A DNA stretch of 64,000 nt, taken from assembly GCF_963921235.1 (NCBI RefSeq), contig NC_086097.1, positions 14,756,001 through 14,820,000 of the forward strand, read 5' to 3'. How positions within the stretch are numbered: position 1 is the stretch's first letter; every line of letters starts with the position of its first letter. The stretch comes from Mobula hypostoma. Taxonomy: Eukaryota. Under the pieces are notes generated by a model. That model saw only the letters and a list, made by a program, of their open reading frames with translations, was not told where the DNA came from and made no database searches. This document shows positions 24,295 through 36,529 of this stretch, in pieces. The position numbers were made by a program, and so were the translations under genes.

Positions 24295-26896
24295 TGTTAT
24301 ATATTCATGTCTATTTTAACCCTTACGGGTTCCCTATGTGTTACATACTGAACATTGATGACCTTTTTTGCAGGATTGGCCAGAGGACATGTGCCAATCG
24401 TACTTGCAGATGCATGTGGAGGCAGAGTCTTAGGAGCTGTTGACCATCGTGACTCGCAAAGGAAGGTACCAAAGGCTTCCGTTTGGCGTCACCTCAGTTC
24501 CCGCACCTTTTCAGCAAGCAATGGACCTGAACGGGTCGACAGGGATACCATGATATTTGGATGACTTACTCATCACTGGGAAACACATCACCACAGAGCG
24601 TAAGTCAATTAAGATCTTTCTTGGGTCTACTTAGATACTTCGCAAAGTTTGTTCCTAACCTAGGTAGCAAACTGTAACCAATTTCTGAGCTTTGAAATAA
24701 ATCAACACACTGGCAGTGGACACATCACTGTGAAGAGGCTTTTAAAAAGGCCAAGGCAGCTTTGTCACAATCTGAAACACTCACACACTTCAGCCGGTCA
24801 TTGCCCATACAACTGGCCTGTGACGCATCACCCTGTGGTGCAGGGGCATTTACCTCACACATCATGCCATGGGGTGAAGGCTTTCGCATCAAGGACATTA
24901 AGCAAGGCAGAAAGACACTCTGCCCAGACTGAGCGGGAAGCATTCGTGCTAGTGCTTGGAGTTAAGGAATTCCATCAATTCCCTTCTGTTCGATGATTTA
25001 CACTGCTGACAGATTATCGCCCATTGATGTCAATTTTTGTTCCACATATGGGCATTCCTTCCCTGGCTGCTAGTTGAATATAATACTGGGCTCTGTTACT
25101 ATCTGCACGTCAGTACGATACACGGCAGTACTGGAGGTCTGAGCACCATTCAATGCTGATGGACCTATCCAGACTTCCACCAGCTGACACAGCTCCAGAG
25201 CAATCCCTACAAGAGATATTTCACTTCAAGGAAGCATCTACAGCTTTGACAGCTGCGGCGCAAGTCAGAAGCACACACATACTGACCCTGTTCTACCTAA
25301 AGTGTTGGACGTGGTAACTCATGAATGGAATGGAAAGCCATTCATAGAATTGAAACCTTACCAGGCTCTATGGAAAGAGCTCACCATCCAAGCAGAATGT
25401 TTACTATGGGGCTACCGTGTTGTCATTCCTCCACCATTCAGAAAGAGAGTGCTTGACCAGCTACATGCAAGACACTATGGCGACGTGCACATGAAAGGCG
25501 TCGCATACAGCTACTTCTGGTGGCCAGGACTGCAACGTAGCTATTGACGAGTAGGCCAAAGCATGCCCACTTTGTCAGCGAGTGAGAAATGTTCCTCTAC
25601 TCGCTCCTTTGCATCCATGAGAATGGCCCGAAGCAACATGGCAGAGGGTTCACATAGAGTTTACAGGACCCGGAGAAGGCCACATGTTCTTGGTTGTAGT
25701 GAACTCACACAGCAAATGGCCTGAGGTTGCCATCACAGAGGTCACTACATCTGAAAAATGGATTGAGGAGCTACGTTCCATCTTTAGCTGTTTTGGGCTT
25801 CCTTAACAGCTTGTAAGTGACAAATACCCTGAAGAGTTTAAGGCACTTATGGAAGCAGATGGTATTCAGCCCATCAAGTCAGTACCAGATCATCCAGCCA
25901 CTAATGGTCTTGCTGAACAATTCGTACAAGCAATGAAACAAGCCCCCAAGACTTCAATGGGAAGTGGATCCCTCAAGCAGCGTCTAAACAATTTTTTGCT
26001 GACATACCATGACACACCACTACTAAAATGGCTCTAGCCACCGTATTGATGAAAAAACAGCTTCGTATCCAGCTTGACCCGCTTGGACCCCCAGACACAA
26101 AACAGATTGTGCTAAATGAACAGAAAACCTAAGCAGAAAGACGTGCCAAAGCAACATACAGGTGTCTCACAGCAGGACTTGCCTAGAACTACATCTCTGG
26201 AACAAAGTGGATAGTGGTGGCTCAGTCTGGTCCTGTATCATACACAGTGCCAGATCCATTTGTAGAAATGGGACAGGGTTCTGAGACAACGACTCCAGAA
26301 CCTCCGTTCAGATCAAATGACACAGTCAGAGATCCCCCATCACCTGTGCTTTCTGAGGTGCCCCCCATTGACAACGTAGTACCCAAGCCGAGTTCTATAC
26401 ATACACCACCAAGAGATAAAATCACGTTGGCATCATCCCCAGGCTGTCGGTACTCTCACAGGAACAGGCAGCCTCCAGACAGATTGAATCTCTAGTTTAG
26501 TGACTAACCTTCAGCACATGGGGCAGAATAATCCCCAGGGTTATGTCTACGAATAGAGGCAGACTGTTCTTTTCCCTTGTTTAGAAACAAAATGATTTTT
26601 GTTGTTGGTTGAATTTGATGATTACTCCATTGAATGTTAATAGTTCAGCAGCTAGTCTGCGTATGGGAAGGGGGAAAAGCATTTAAAGTATGGGGCAGAG
26701 ATATGTTATGCATTTATGTATGTCTTGATCCTTAAGGAGTTCTCTCAAGCCTCCCTGTGTGTTACATACTAAATGTAATGTGAGAGAACATTCTGGGTAA
26801 ATGACTTACAAGTAAAATAAACAACTGCATATTTGTTCCTCACCTCTCTGTCTCTCCTGTGTGTTATTCACGGCCACACGGCTACCCAGTACCACA
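24295..26896 (+). mobile_element. Decayed Gypsy LTR retrotransposon (pol remnants, 3' LTR 26704-26896, 5' LTR remnant)
   Basis: RT RLPFGV..FQQAMD, RNase H LACDASP/SRTLSKAER..EREA, integrase LLWGYRVVIP..YFWWPGL and HPATNGLAE; purine tract before the TG...CA LTR; 24295-24355 resembles the LTR start. Confidence 0.9.
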
Positions 26897-26899
26897 AAT

Positions 26900-27270
26900 A
26901 TTCATTCCTTAGTAATATGCCCTGTCATATGGCATGGGCGATCACGGTCTTCCCATGACCGTGATTGTTCTTGGCAATTTTTTCTACAGAAGTCGTTTGC
27001 CATTGCTTTCTTCTGGGCAGTGTCTTTACAAGATGGGTGACCCCAGCCATTATCAATACTCTTCAGAGATTGTCTGCCTGTCGTCAGTGGTCGCATAACC
27101 AGGGCTTGAGATTTGTGATATGCACCAGCTGCACATAGGACCCTTCAACACCTGATCCCATGGCGTCACGTGACCCTGATCAGGTGGCTAGCCAGGTGCT
27201 ACACCTTGCCCAAGGGTGACCTGCAGGCTGGCAGAGGGAAGAAGCGCCTTATGGTGGCAGAGTGGAGATA
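26900..27270 (-). mobile_element. RTE-related SINE/non-autonomous element
   Basis: Bov-A-like AGCAATGGCAAACGACTTC..TTGCCAAGAACAATC motif; homologous to 57063-57415 and 15930-16025. Confidence 0.75.
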
Positions 27271-27419
27271 CGAACATAACAGCACTTTCTGAACATTACA
27301 ATTTCAACACTTTGTAACATAGTGCCCTCTTCTTTCAATGACGCGGATAAAACACCGTCTGCTGGGCCAAGTTCACACATTTACTTGCTCCATATCATGA
27401 CTGTAATCCATATTCTGCG

Positions 27420-28200
27420 GGAGGCAAAACGAGGACTTTGACAGTATGCAGAGCCAGGCTGAGAAGTGGCTGGTGGAGTTTGACTGGAAAAATGTGAAGG
27501 GATGTACTTTGGAAGAACGAACTTGAAGGCACAACTCAGGGTCAATGCCAGGATTCTATAGCGTGGAGGAACAGAGGGATCTTGGGGTCCATGGCCATAG
27601 ATTGCTCAAAATTGCTATGCAAGCTGATTAGGTGGTTAAGAAGGTGTATAATGTGTTGACCTTAGTAGTCAGGGGATTGAGTTCAAGCACCGTGAGGTCA
27701 GGGGTTCCCAACCTTTCTTATGCCATGGACCCCTACCATTAACTGAGGTGTCCATGGACTCCAGATTGGGAAACCCTGCCCGAGGTGAGGTTACAACTCT
27801 ATAAAACCCTCGTTAGACCACACTTGGAGTATTGTGTTCAGTTCTGGTCGCCTCATTATAGAAAGAATGTGGAGGCTTTAGTGAGGCTCCAGAGGCGATT
27901 TGCCAAGACGCTGCCCGGATCAGAGAGCATATCTTAGGAGGATAGGCTGAGTGATCTGTTTGGAGCCAAGGTGAGTGTGAGGTAACTTGATAGAGGTGTA
28001 CAAGATGATGAGAGGCATAGATCGAATAGACAGCCAGAGATATTTTCCCAGAGTGGAAATGGCTAATGTGAGAAGGCATCATTTTAAGGTGATTGGAGGA
28101 ATGTCAGCGGTAAGTTCTTTACACAAAGAGTGGTGAGTACAGGGAACCAACTGCCAGAACTGATGGTAGAGGTAGATACATTAGCAGCAAATAAGAAAGC
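27420..28200 (+). mobile_element. CR1 3' fragment, decayed
   Basis: LVRPHLEYCVQFWSPHY-coding sequence at about 27810-27860. Confidence 0.85.
27699..27778. mobile_element. 80-bp hAT MITE
   Basis: TIRs CAGGGGTTCCCAA and TTGGGAAACCCTG; imperfect 8-bp TSD CGTGAGGT/CCCGAGGT. Confidence 0.8.
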
Positions 28201-28335
28201 CTCTAATAGGCTCATACAGTCACAGAAAAGTACAGCACAGAAACAGGCCTTTCGGCCCATCTATTCTATGCCAAAGCCATTTAATCTGCCTGCTCCCATT
28301 GACCTGCTCCTGGACCATCGCCCTCCATACCCCTC

Positions 28336-28832
28336 AGAAAGGATGTGTTGTCACTGGAGAGAGCCCAGAGGAGGTTCACGAGGATAATTCCAGGAATGAA
28401 GGGGTTAACATATGAAGAGAGTTTGGCAGCTTCAGGCCTATGCTCACTGCAATTTAGAAGAATGCAGAGGGATCTCATTGAAACCTACCAGATGTTGAAA
28501 GGACTAGATAGGGTGGATGTGAAGAGGATGTTTCCTATGGTGGGGGTATCCAGAACTAGAAGGCACAGCCTCAGAACTGAGGGGCAACCATTTAGCCAGA
28601 GAGTAGTGAATCTGTGGAATGCTCTGCCACAGTCTGTGATGGAGGCTAAGTCCATGTGCATATTTAAGGTGAAAGTTAATTATTTCCTAATTGGTCAGGG
28701 CATCAAAGGATATTGCAAGAAAGCAGGTGTATGGGGTTGGGTGGGATCTGGGATTAGCCATGATGGAATGGTGGAGCAGACTCGATGGGCTGAATGGCCT
28801 AATTCTGCTCCTATGTCTTATTGTCTTATGGT
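28336..28832 (+). mobile_element. CR1 3' fragment nested in an opposite-strand CR1 3' end (about 28215-29150)
   Basis: ORF 28345 LERAQRRFTRIIPG..FSQRVVNLWNALP. Confidence 0.85.
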
Positions 28833-29859
28833 TTACCTATCCAACTTTCACTTAAATATTGAAGTTGGGCTTGCATGCACCATTTGTGCTAGCAGCTCAT
28901 TCTACACTCTCACAACCCTCTGAGTGAAGACGTTTCCCCTCATGTTCCCCTTAAACTTTTCACTTTTCACCCTTTACCCTATCTATACCCCTCATATACC
29001 CCTATCAAATCTCCTCTCCATCTTCTACGTTCTAAGAACTAAAGTCGCAACCTATTCAATCTTTCCTTATAACTCAGGTCCTCCAGACCTGGCAACATAC
29101 TGTACCTGTAAATGTTCTCTGTACTGTTTCAACCTTATTTACTGCACGCCTGGATGATAGAAAAGATGGAGGGCTATGTAAGAAGGAAGGGTTAGATTGA
29201 TCTTGGAGTCGGCTGAAAGGTCAGCACAGCATCATGGGCTGTGGTGTTATGTCCTGTGAGTCATTGTGGTATCGCCCACTGAGGCTGGGTTTGAACAGTG
29301 CGGTTGCAGATTTTCTGCAGAGGCTTATGTGGTCTGCCTCAATGTTAATCAGACAGTTGCTGTTCAATTATTGTGGAATACGGCACACACTTTTATCCTT
29401 CCTTTATCTCCACACTTGTGGCAACAGCAGTGAAAATGTCATCAATTCCCCAGGTGCAAGTGATACTATATTTTGCCTGCTGCCATAACATTAATTTACT
29501 GTGGCGGTGAGTTATCACTTAGCCTGATTCCAGCACATGCTTAAAACACAGGGCTGAATCACTCAGAGAACATTACATCATTGACAATACATCACCCACA
29601 TGAAAATCTCTCACTGCTCACTCCTTCCTCGTGAGTTATTGGCCTTTTACACTGATACAAAGCCCAAGTAACATTATACTGAGGTGGCGATGAGGGACAG
29701 TGGTCAATTTGCATTTTTATAAGAATAACTGTCTCCCCACCATTAACCACAATGGATTCACCTTCAGTGTTCCAGCCACCAGTGCGCTTCTGGAAGTGTC
29801 ATGCCTTCCTCCAATAATCCCTCCCTACTATCTGTTCATCCACACAGAATGGTTTTCAA

Positions 29860-29960
29860 TGTAACACACATAAAACGCTGGAGGAACTCTGCAGGCAAGG
29901 CAACATCTCTGAAAAAGAATGAACAGTTGACATTTCGGGCTGAGACACTTCATCAGGACA
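29860..29960 (-). ncRNA. Penelope-derived unit with a minimal hammerhead motif
   Basis: Minus strand GTC CTGATGA AGTGTCTCAGCCC GAAA TGTC AACTG; core boxes intact, stems weakened. Confidence 0.6.
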
Positions 29961-30343
29961 CAGCCAGCTGCAATGGGATATCTTCCATGCCAAATATCCC
30001 TCTCATCTTGTTGAGAATCATTCCTCACTCATCATTTTTGCACTATTGTAGTGGCACAGGTTTCTATTCCAGTGTCACGGTGACACCCAGGTACAATTCA
30101 CAGCACCACATCGTACTCCCTCCTGTCAGTGAAAATCTAATAGATTTCACGTCTGCACAATCCCCGGGAGATCACAGTTTGGTTAGTTCTGCAGTTGTTT
30201 TTACCAGGTTTGTTCTGCCAAGCATCGTGGGCATGATATGTTGGCGCCAGAATGGGTGACGATACTTGCAGTCTGCGCCCTCCCACCCCACATCCTTGGG
30301 TGAATTGTGCCAAGAGGGAGAAAATAAATTATTGTTTGCATGA

Positions 30344-30466
30344 ACAACAGGAATTCTGCAGATGCTGGAAATTCAAGCAACACACATCAAAGTTGCTGGT
30401 GAACGCAGCAGGCCAGGCAGCATCTGTAGGAAGAGGTGCAGTCGACGTTTCAGGCCGAGACCCTTC
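30344..30466 (-). mobile_element. Penelope-derived unit truncated inside the hammerhead core
   Basis: Minus strand GAAGGGTCTCGGCCTGAAACGTCGACTG; 10-bp TSD GTTTGCATGA at 30334-30343 and 30467-30476. Confidence 0.75.
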
Positions 30467-31394
30467 GTTTGCATGATTTGATTTGATCTGTTTTTTTTCT
30501 CTCTCTACGCATTGGGTTTTGATTTTTTTAAGATTGGGTTCTTTCGGGGTTCTTGTTTTGTGGCTGCCTGTTAAGCAGAAGAATCTCAAGGTTCTATAAT
30601 TTATACATCCTTTGATAATAAAATGTACTTTGAACTTTGAAATTTGAATTGGTTGTTGATGCAAATGATGCATTTCGCTGTATGATTTGATGAACATGAG
30701 ACAAATAAATTTGTATTTTGAATGTTGAATAGTACAGAAGAGTGTAAGATTCAAATTGCAGAGGAAAGAAAGTCTGAAGAGTGATCACCTTGTCTTTTAG
30801 TACAGCACTTTAAAAAAACTTTTTCCACCAACAATGAGGATTTATGAGGATTTAGGGCCTTAGTTATGGGGGGAGGTCGGCGGGCTTTGACTCTATTCCA
30901 CATAGAAAAGAGACTGAGGGGTAATCATGGGGACATCAATAAGATAAATGCTCTTAGTCTTTTTGCTGGAGAAAAGAATTCAAAAACCAAAGACCATAGA
31001 TTTAAGTCAACAGGGAAAAGATTTAAAATGGACTTGAAGGGAAACTTCTTCGCACAGAGGTTGGTGTGCATGTAATTATAGGACCATAAGATAAGGGAGA
31101 AGAATTAGGCCCATCGAGACTTCTCTGTCATTTCATCATGTCTGATCCTTTTTCCTCTCTTCTCCCTATAACCTATCATGCTCTGACTAATTGAGAATCC
31201 TTTCAACCTCCACCTTAAATGCATCCAGTGACCTGGCCTCCACATGGAACGAGCTGCGAGAGAGAGTGGTTATGGCAGGTATAATAACAAAAATTTTAAT
31301 AGACATTTGGAGAAGGATGTGGATAAAAAAGCTTAGAGGAATAAGGGCCATTCTGGAAAAATGGGCTCCTTGGCATCAACGTATCAAAGGACCT

Positions 31395-32575
31395 GTCCTG
31401 GGATCAGCACATAAGCGGCATCACAAAGAAGGCACAACAGTGCCTTTACTTCCATTGAAGTTTGTCTACGTTTGACATGTCAGCAAAAACTTTGACAAAC
31501 TTCCATAGATCTATGGTGGAGAGCATTACAGTCTGGTACGCAAATGCCATTGCCCAGAAAAGGCTACAAAAATTGATGGATATATCCAATCAATCACAGG
31601 TGAAGCCCCTTCACCACTGAATATACTTACATGGAGCACTGCCACAGGAAAGCAGCTTCCATCATCAAAGACCCCCACCATCCAGGTCATGCCCTCTTCT
31701 CGCTACTACCATTGGGCAGGAAGTATAGAATCCTTAGATCCCACGCCACGAGATTCAGGAACAGTTATTACCCTACAAACATTAGACTCCTGAACCAGCC
31801 TGGATAACTTCACTCTCCACTACTCCGAACTGATTCTACAATCTACAGACTTGCTTTCAAAGACTCTTTACAACTCACGTTCTCAGTATCATTTTTATTT
31901 GCACATTTTGTCGTCTTTTTGCACATTGGTGCAAAGTTGTCTGTTTATGTATAGTTTGTCATAAAATTCAATTGTATATCTTTTTTTTTCCTGAAAGCTC
32001 CTGCAAGAAAGTTAATCGCAAGGTAGTATATGGTAACATACTGTATTTGTACTTTGAAAATTGTTCAGACTCCAGTCTATTCCGGGGTTCGCCAGCAGGG
32101 GCAGACTTAGTTCCCCAAGGGTTTTTTTCAGAATTGATTAGACTCTCTTGCTATTGATCATTGCCATCTGTGTATTTAAACCCTGCTTCCTCTACCTCAC
32201 TTTGCTCAAAGTGTGATCTTGTGAGTAGCAAGAGCCTCTGTGTATGTGTTGTTTTAGTCTTTTCTGTGTGCCATTTCTGGATCTTACTTCTGCATCAAGA
32301 TCTTGGATCGCTGAATTTGTGTTTGGATTGCTGCAATTTTGAGTTGGACAAGTTGCCTGGTTTTTGCCCCAACTTGGCTAAAAGAAAATAAAACTTGTTT
32401 TTGAATCTGCATGTCAACTCCTGTTTGCATTGAGGTGTCCACAATGGAGCTCACCCACAGTCCTTGGTTGTACCACGGTAGAGTGCTGGACTTTCAACCC
32501 AGTAGCCTGAGTTCGATTTCTGATTGGGCCTTTTCCCTTACAATAATAAATTTACTTTGAATTTTGAACTTTGAA
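31395..32575 (+). mobile_element. Rex1/Babar 3' fragment interrupted by a solo LTR
   Basis: KAASIIKDPHHPGHALFSLLP.GR-coding sequence; (ACTTTGA)n tail resumes after the LTR. Confidence 0.75.
32062..32542 (+). mobile_element. Solo LTR containing a tRNA-like segment
   Basis: TGT...ACA ends, TATTTAAA, AATAAA, 5-bp TSD AAAAT/ATAAT that restores the host Rex1 tail; tRNA-like sequence at 32461-32530. Confidence 0.7.
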
Positions 32576-32642
32576 GTCGGATTAGTATAGATGGTTAACT
32601 TGCACAGCATGGAGAAGTTGGGCCAAGAGACTTGTTCCAATG

Positions 32643-33080
32643 AAACACACTCAAAATGCTAGAGGAACTCAGCAGGCTAGGCCCAGGCCCTTCAGCAGAA
32701 CTGGAAAGGAAGGAGAGGAGTCAGAGCAAGAAGGTGAGGGGAGGGGAGGAAGTACAAAGTGGCAGGTGATAAGTGAAACAGGCAGAGGGGGATTGGGAAA
32801 GCGATAAAGGCCTGGAGAAGGGGAAATCTGATAGAAGAGGACGGAAGACCATGGAAGAAAGGGAAAGGGGGGGGCACCAGAGGGAGGTGATGGGTAGATA
32901 AGAAGATTAGGTGAGAGAAGGAAATAGGAATGGCAAATGGTGAAAGAGAGGAGGATGGAGGGCAATTGCTACAAGTTTGAGAAATGGATGTTCCTGCCAT
33001 CAAGTTGGAGGCTACCCAAATGGAATATAAGGTGTTGCTCCTCCAACTTGAGTGTTACAAGATGTTGCTCCTCCAAGCCC
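32643..33080 (-). mobile_element. Penelope-like 3' fragment (GIY-YIG C-terminus plus 3' UTR)
   Basis: Minus frame LKLEEQHLIFHLGSLQLDGRNIHFSNL*; TSD TGTTCCAATG at 32633-32642 and 33081-33090. Confidence 0.8.
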
Positions 33081-34165
33081 TGTTCCAATGCTTTATTATT
33101 CTATGATTCTTAATTTCCATTCAGTATTCCCAATCTGTCCTTTGAAACAACATTTAACACTAACACTTTGTCTCTCCACAGGTGTCCTTGGACCTGCCAA
33201 GTATCTTTGTCACTTCCAGATCTTTTTCTCTCGTTTTGGAGAGTGATACAAGACCTGCTGAGTAAAGCCTCATAAATACATTCAAAATCAAATGTGTAGA
33301 CATCAGAAGATGAGAAATCACTGGCTTTAAACTCTGGCAGTGGACACTGCAGACATTGTGATGTATCAAAGCATGGCAGGGAATAAGAAATGGTGAAGCC
33401 TCTTGCCACATCCAGCTGCTCTTTGGCACTCACTAACATTCAATTAAATTCCCTTGGATTGGCTAATCATGCTCTGTCTGATACAGCATTCTCACATTGT
33501 TGGCCAGAACAAGAACATCTTTCTCACATGACACAAGAACAGCTGAACAAGAGTGTGATGGAGTGCTCTCCACTTGCCTGGATGAGCACAGCTCCAAAGG
33601 CTCTCAAGGGCTTGACGCCATCCAGGACAAAGCAGCCCATTTGATTGATTCTCCATCTCCATTCTAAGCATTTATTCCCTCCACTGTGGTTGCCGTGTTT
33701 ATCCCTGAGTAATGTGCTCCAGCGGTATGCCAAGGTTTCTTCAACAAGCAACTCTGAGCTCATGATCTGTTCACCAAAACTAAAATGGATTCTGATCTCT
33801 GGTCTAGATACCAGATTCATTTATTTATCATGTGTACAACAAAGCATACTGTGAAAATGTGTCATTTCTGTTGGCAACCTAAAGATGTACTAAGGTAACA
33901 GCTTAAAAAAAAATCTCCTTTTAGAGGTAAGAAAGATGTTTTTTTTCACCAAAACATTTTGGGCAGAACCTCTATCTTGCATTTGTTGCTTTGAGATGTG
34001 ACTTCACAGGGTGAGGTATTCTTGTAAAATGTGTAAAGTGAGAAATCAAAACCTATCCTTCAGATGATTGTAATACTTTGAGCAAAGAGAGAAGCAAGAA
34101 TATTGAACAAAGCCTACCTGAAATATAATACCCAATTCTCAAAGTCAAAGTTAAGTTTATATATA

Positions 34166-34722
34166 CAGAGGATTCCAGTTAATTGGGGACAGACACTGTG
34201 AGACAACTCGTAAAGTGCAAAAATTAATCGAGAAAATTTCCTGGATTCCTTATGTTTATTTGGGATACTGTGCCATATAATTGGGACAGGAGACTGTCGC
34301 TGCCAAGGTTCTAACGAGCATCAATTGTGTGCACTTGTGCAGCTGTTATGCATAGAGTGATCAGTTTTAAATAGTTTCAATTGCATGTGCTTGCATTTGA
34401 AAAGAGTGATTTTTATCACTGAAGTAAGTAGCAAGAACATTCAGAACCGTTTTGCTCACTGCAGTTTCAAGCATTCAAGCTTGGAGAGGCCAGAAACGGT
34501 TGGAAGTGAAATGAAATAATTTTACTGCTTCAACAAGATGGGAATGACAAAGAATTTGAAGGTATCAACAATCATCTTAAATGTTACAATGAAAATGAAA
34601 ATTTGGAGGATGTAATCATCAGTAGCATTGTATGGAAGCAGTTCATTATCTGCACTAGGCATTTGTGCTAATCTTGTTCATTGCGTACACTGGATGAATT
34701 TTTCTACAGATAACTATTAGGA
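34166..34722 (+). mobile_element. Tigger/pogo-like fragment
   Basis: TA|CAGAGGATTCCAGTTAATTGG terminus; IQNRFAHCSF motif; homologous to 7277-7835. Confidence 0.65.
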
Positions 34723-34723
34723 A

Positions 34724-35040
34724 CGTTAGAAGGAGATGAATTATACAGCTCCCGTTACATGCATGTGCAGTTCAACTCTGAGTGATTATGCAGAAAGTTT
34801 GAAGTTAATAACTCATCTCCTGCTACCTTAGGGCCACGAACTTATCAATCACCCCTGCCGTGGACCACTTTCTGGAGGTCCAAGACGCCGACATCTACAA
34901 AGAAGGGATCCGTATGCTCCATGACCGCTGGACTAAGTGTGTAAATGTAGGAGGGGATTATGTTGAAAAGTAAATGTGCTAGGTTTTCTAAAATTGACTC
35001 CTTCTACCTTAGGCCACAAACTTATCAATCACTCCTCGTA
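34724..35040 (+). mobile_element. Mariner-derived MITE with a duplicated right TIR
   Basis: C-terminal VDHFLEVQDADIYKEGIRMLHDRWTKCVNVGGDYVEK*; TIR ..CTACCTTAGGCCAC.AACTTATCAATCAC.CCT occurs twice (about 34815-34857 and 34998-35038), followed by TA. Confidence 0.8.
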
Positions 35041-36330
35041 CTTGGAGACTAATGATAAAGTAAGTCAAAGTCAGCATGGTTTCTGTAAAGGGAAATCTTG
35101 CCTGACAAATCTGTTAGAATTCTTTGAGGAAGTAACAAGCAGGGTGTACAAAGGGGAGGCAGTGATGTCATTTACTTAGATTTTCAGAAGACATTTGATA
35201 AGGTGCCAACAAGATAAAATCCTGTGGCATTATAGGAAAGATCTGACATGGACAGAGGAATGGCTGACTAGCAGGAGGCAGCAAGTGGAAATAGAGGGGG
35301 CCTTTTCTGATTTGCTGCCAGTGACTAATGGTGCTCCTCAGGAGTCAGTATTGGAACCACTACTTTTCACATTGGTTGTCCATGATTTGGAAAATGGAAT
35401 TGATCATTTTGTGGTAAATTTTGCAGATGATACGAAGATAGATAGTGCTGAGGAAGCAATGCAATTGCATCAGGACTTAGACAAATTGGAAGAATGGGCA
35501 AAAAAGAGGCAGATGGAATACAGTGTTGGGAAATGTATGATAATGCATTTCAGTAAAAGGAACAATAGTGCAGACTATTATCTAAATGGGGAGAAAATTC
35601 AAACCGCAGACTCAACCTGTGAATTAACCTTCTGAGAGTCTTGCACAAGGACTCCTAAGCACCTCGGATGTTTGAATTTTCTCCCCATTTAGATAATAGT
35701 CTGCACTATTGTTCCATTTATTTCAATAGGAATAGAATGAAAAAACAAGGAGATAATGCTGAAGCACTAGTCAGGCTGCACTTGGAGTACTGTCAACAGT
35801 TTTGGGCCCTTTATCTTAGAACAGATGTATTGTAATTGGAGAGAGCCCAGAAGAGGTTCACAAGGATGACTCCAGAAATGAAGGGGTTAACGTATAAGGA
35901 GCATTTTGCAGCTTTGGGCCTGTACTTCCTGGAATTTAGAAGAATGCATGGGGATCTCATTGAAACATACTAAGTATTGAAAGGACCAGATAGGGTGGAT
36001 GTGGAGAGGATGTTTCCTCGGGTGGGGGTTATCCAGAACTAGAGGGCATGGCAACCTTTTAGAACAGAAGTAAGGAGGATATTTTTTAGCCAAAGAGTAG
36101 TGAATCTGTGGAATGCTCTGTCACGCACTGCAGTGGAGGTCAAGTCCGTGAGCATAATCAAAGTGAAAATTGATAAATTTCTGATTAGTTGGGGCATCAG
36201 AGGATATGGTGAGAGGGTAGGTGTATGGGGTTGAATGGGATCCAGGATCAGCCATGATGGAATGGCAGAGCAGACTCGATGGGCTGGATGGCCTAATTCT
36301 GCTCCTATGTCTTCTGGTTTTGTGGTCTAA
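35041..36330 (+). mobile_element. CR1 RT/3' fragment with an internal inversion-duplication
   Basis: SQHGFCKGKSCLTNLLEFF, NFADD and a 3' tail; inverted block at 35605-35715. Confidence 0.9.
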
Positions 36331-36529
36331 CTCTGTCTGAAAGGATGCTTAAGGCAGAAGGATCCATAATATTTAAAAAGTATACTCTCTACAGCTTCAC
36401 TAAAGGAATCTCACCCAACCTCATTGGAAAAAGCATTCTTGCATTTATTTTACCTACCCCTCAATGTTGTATACTTCTATAAAATTTCCCCTTATCATCT
36501 TAAACTCTAGGGAATAGAGTTCTAAGCTA

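Noticed and set aside
32089..32105. CTCF site in the LTR (GCCAGCAGGGGCAG)
   Set aside because: One G short of the core spacing
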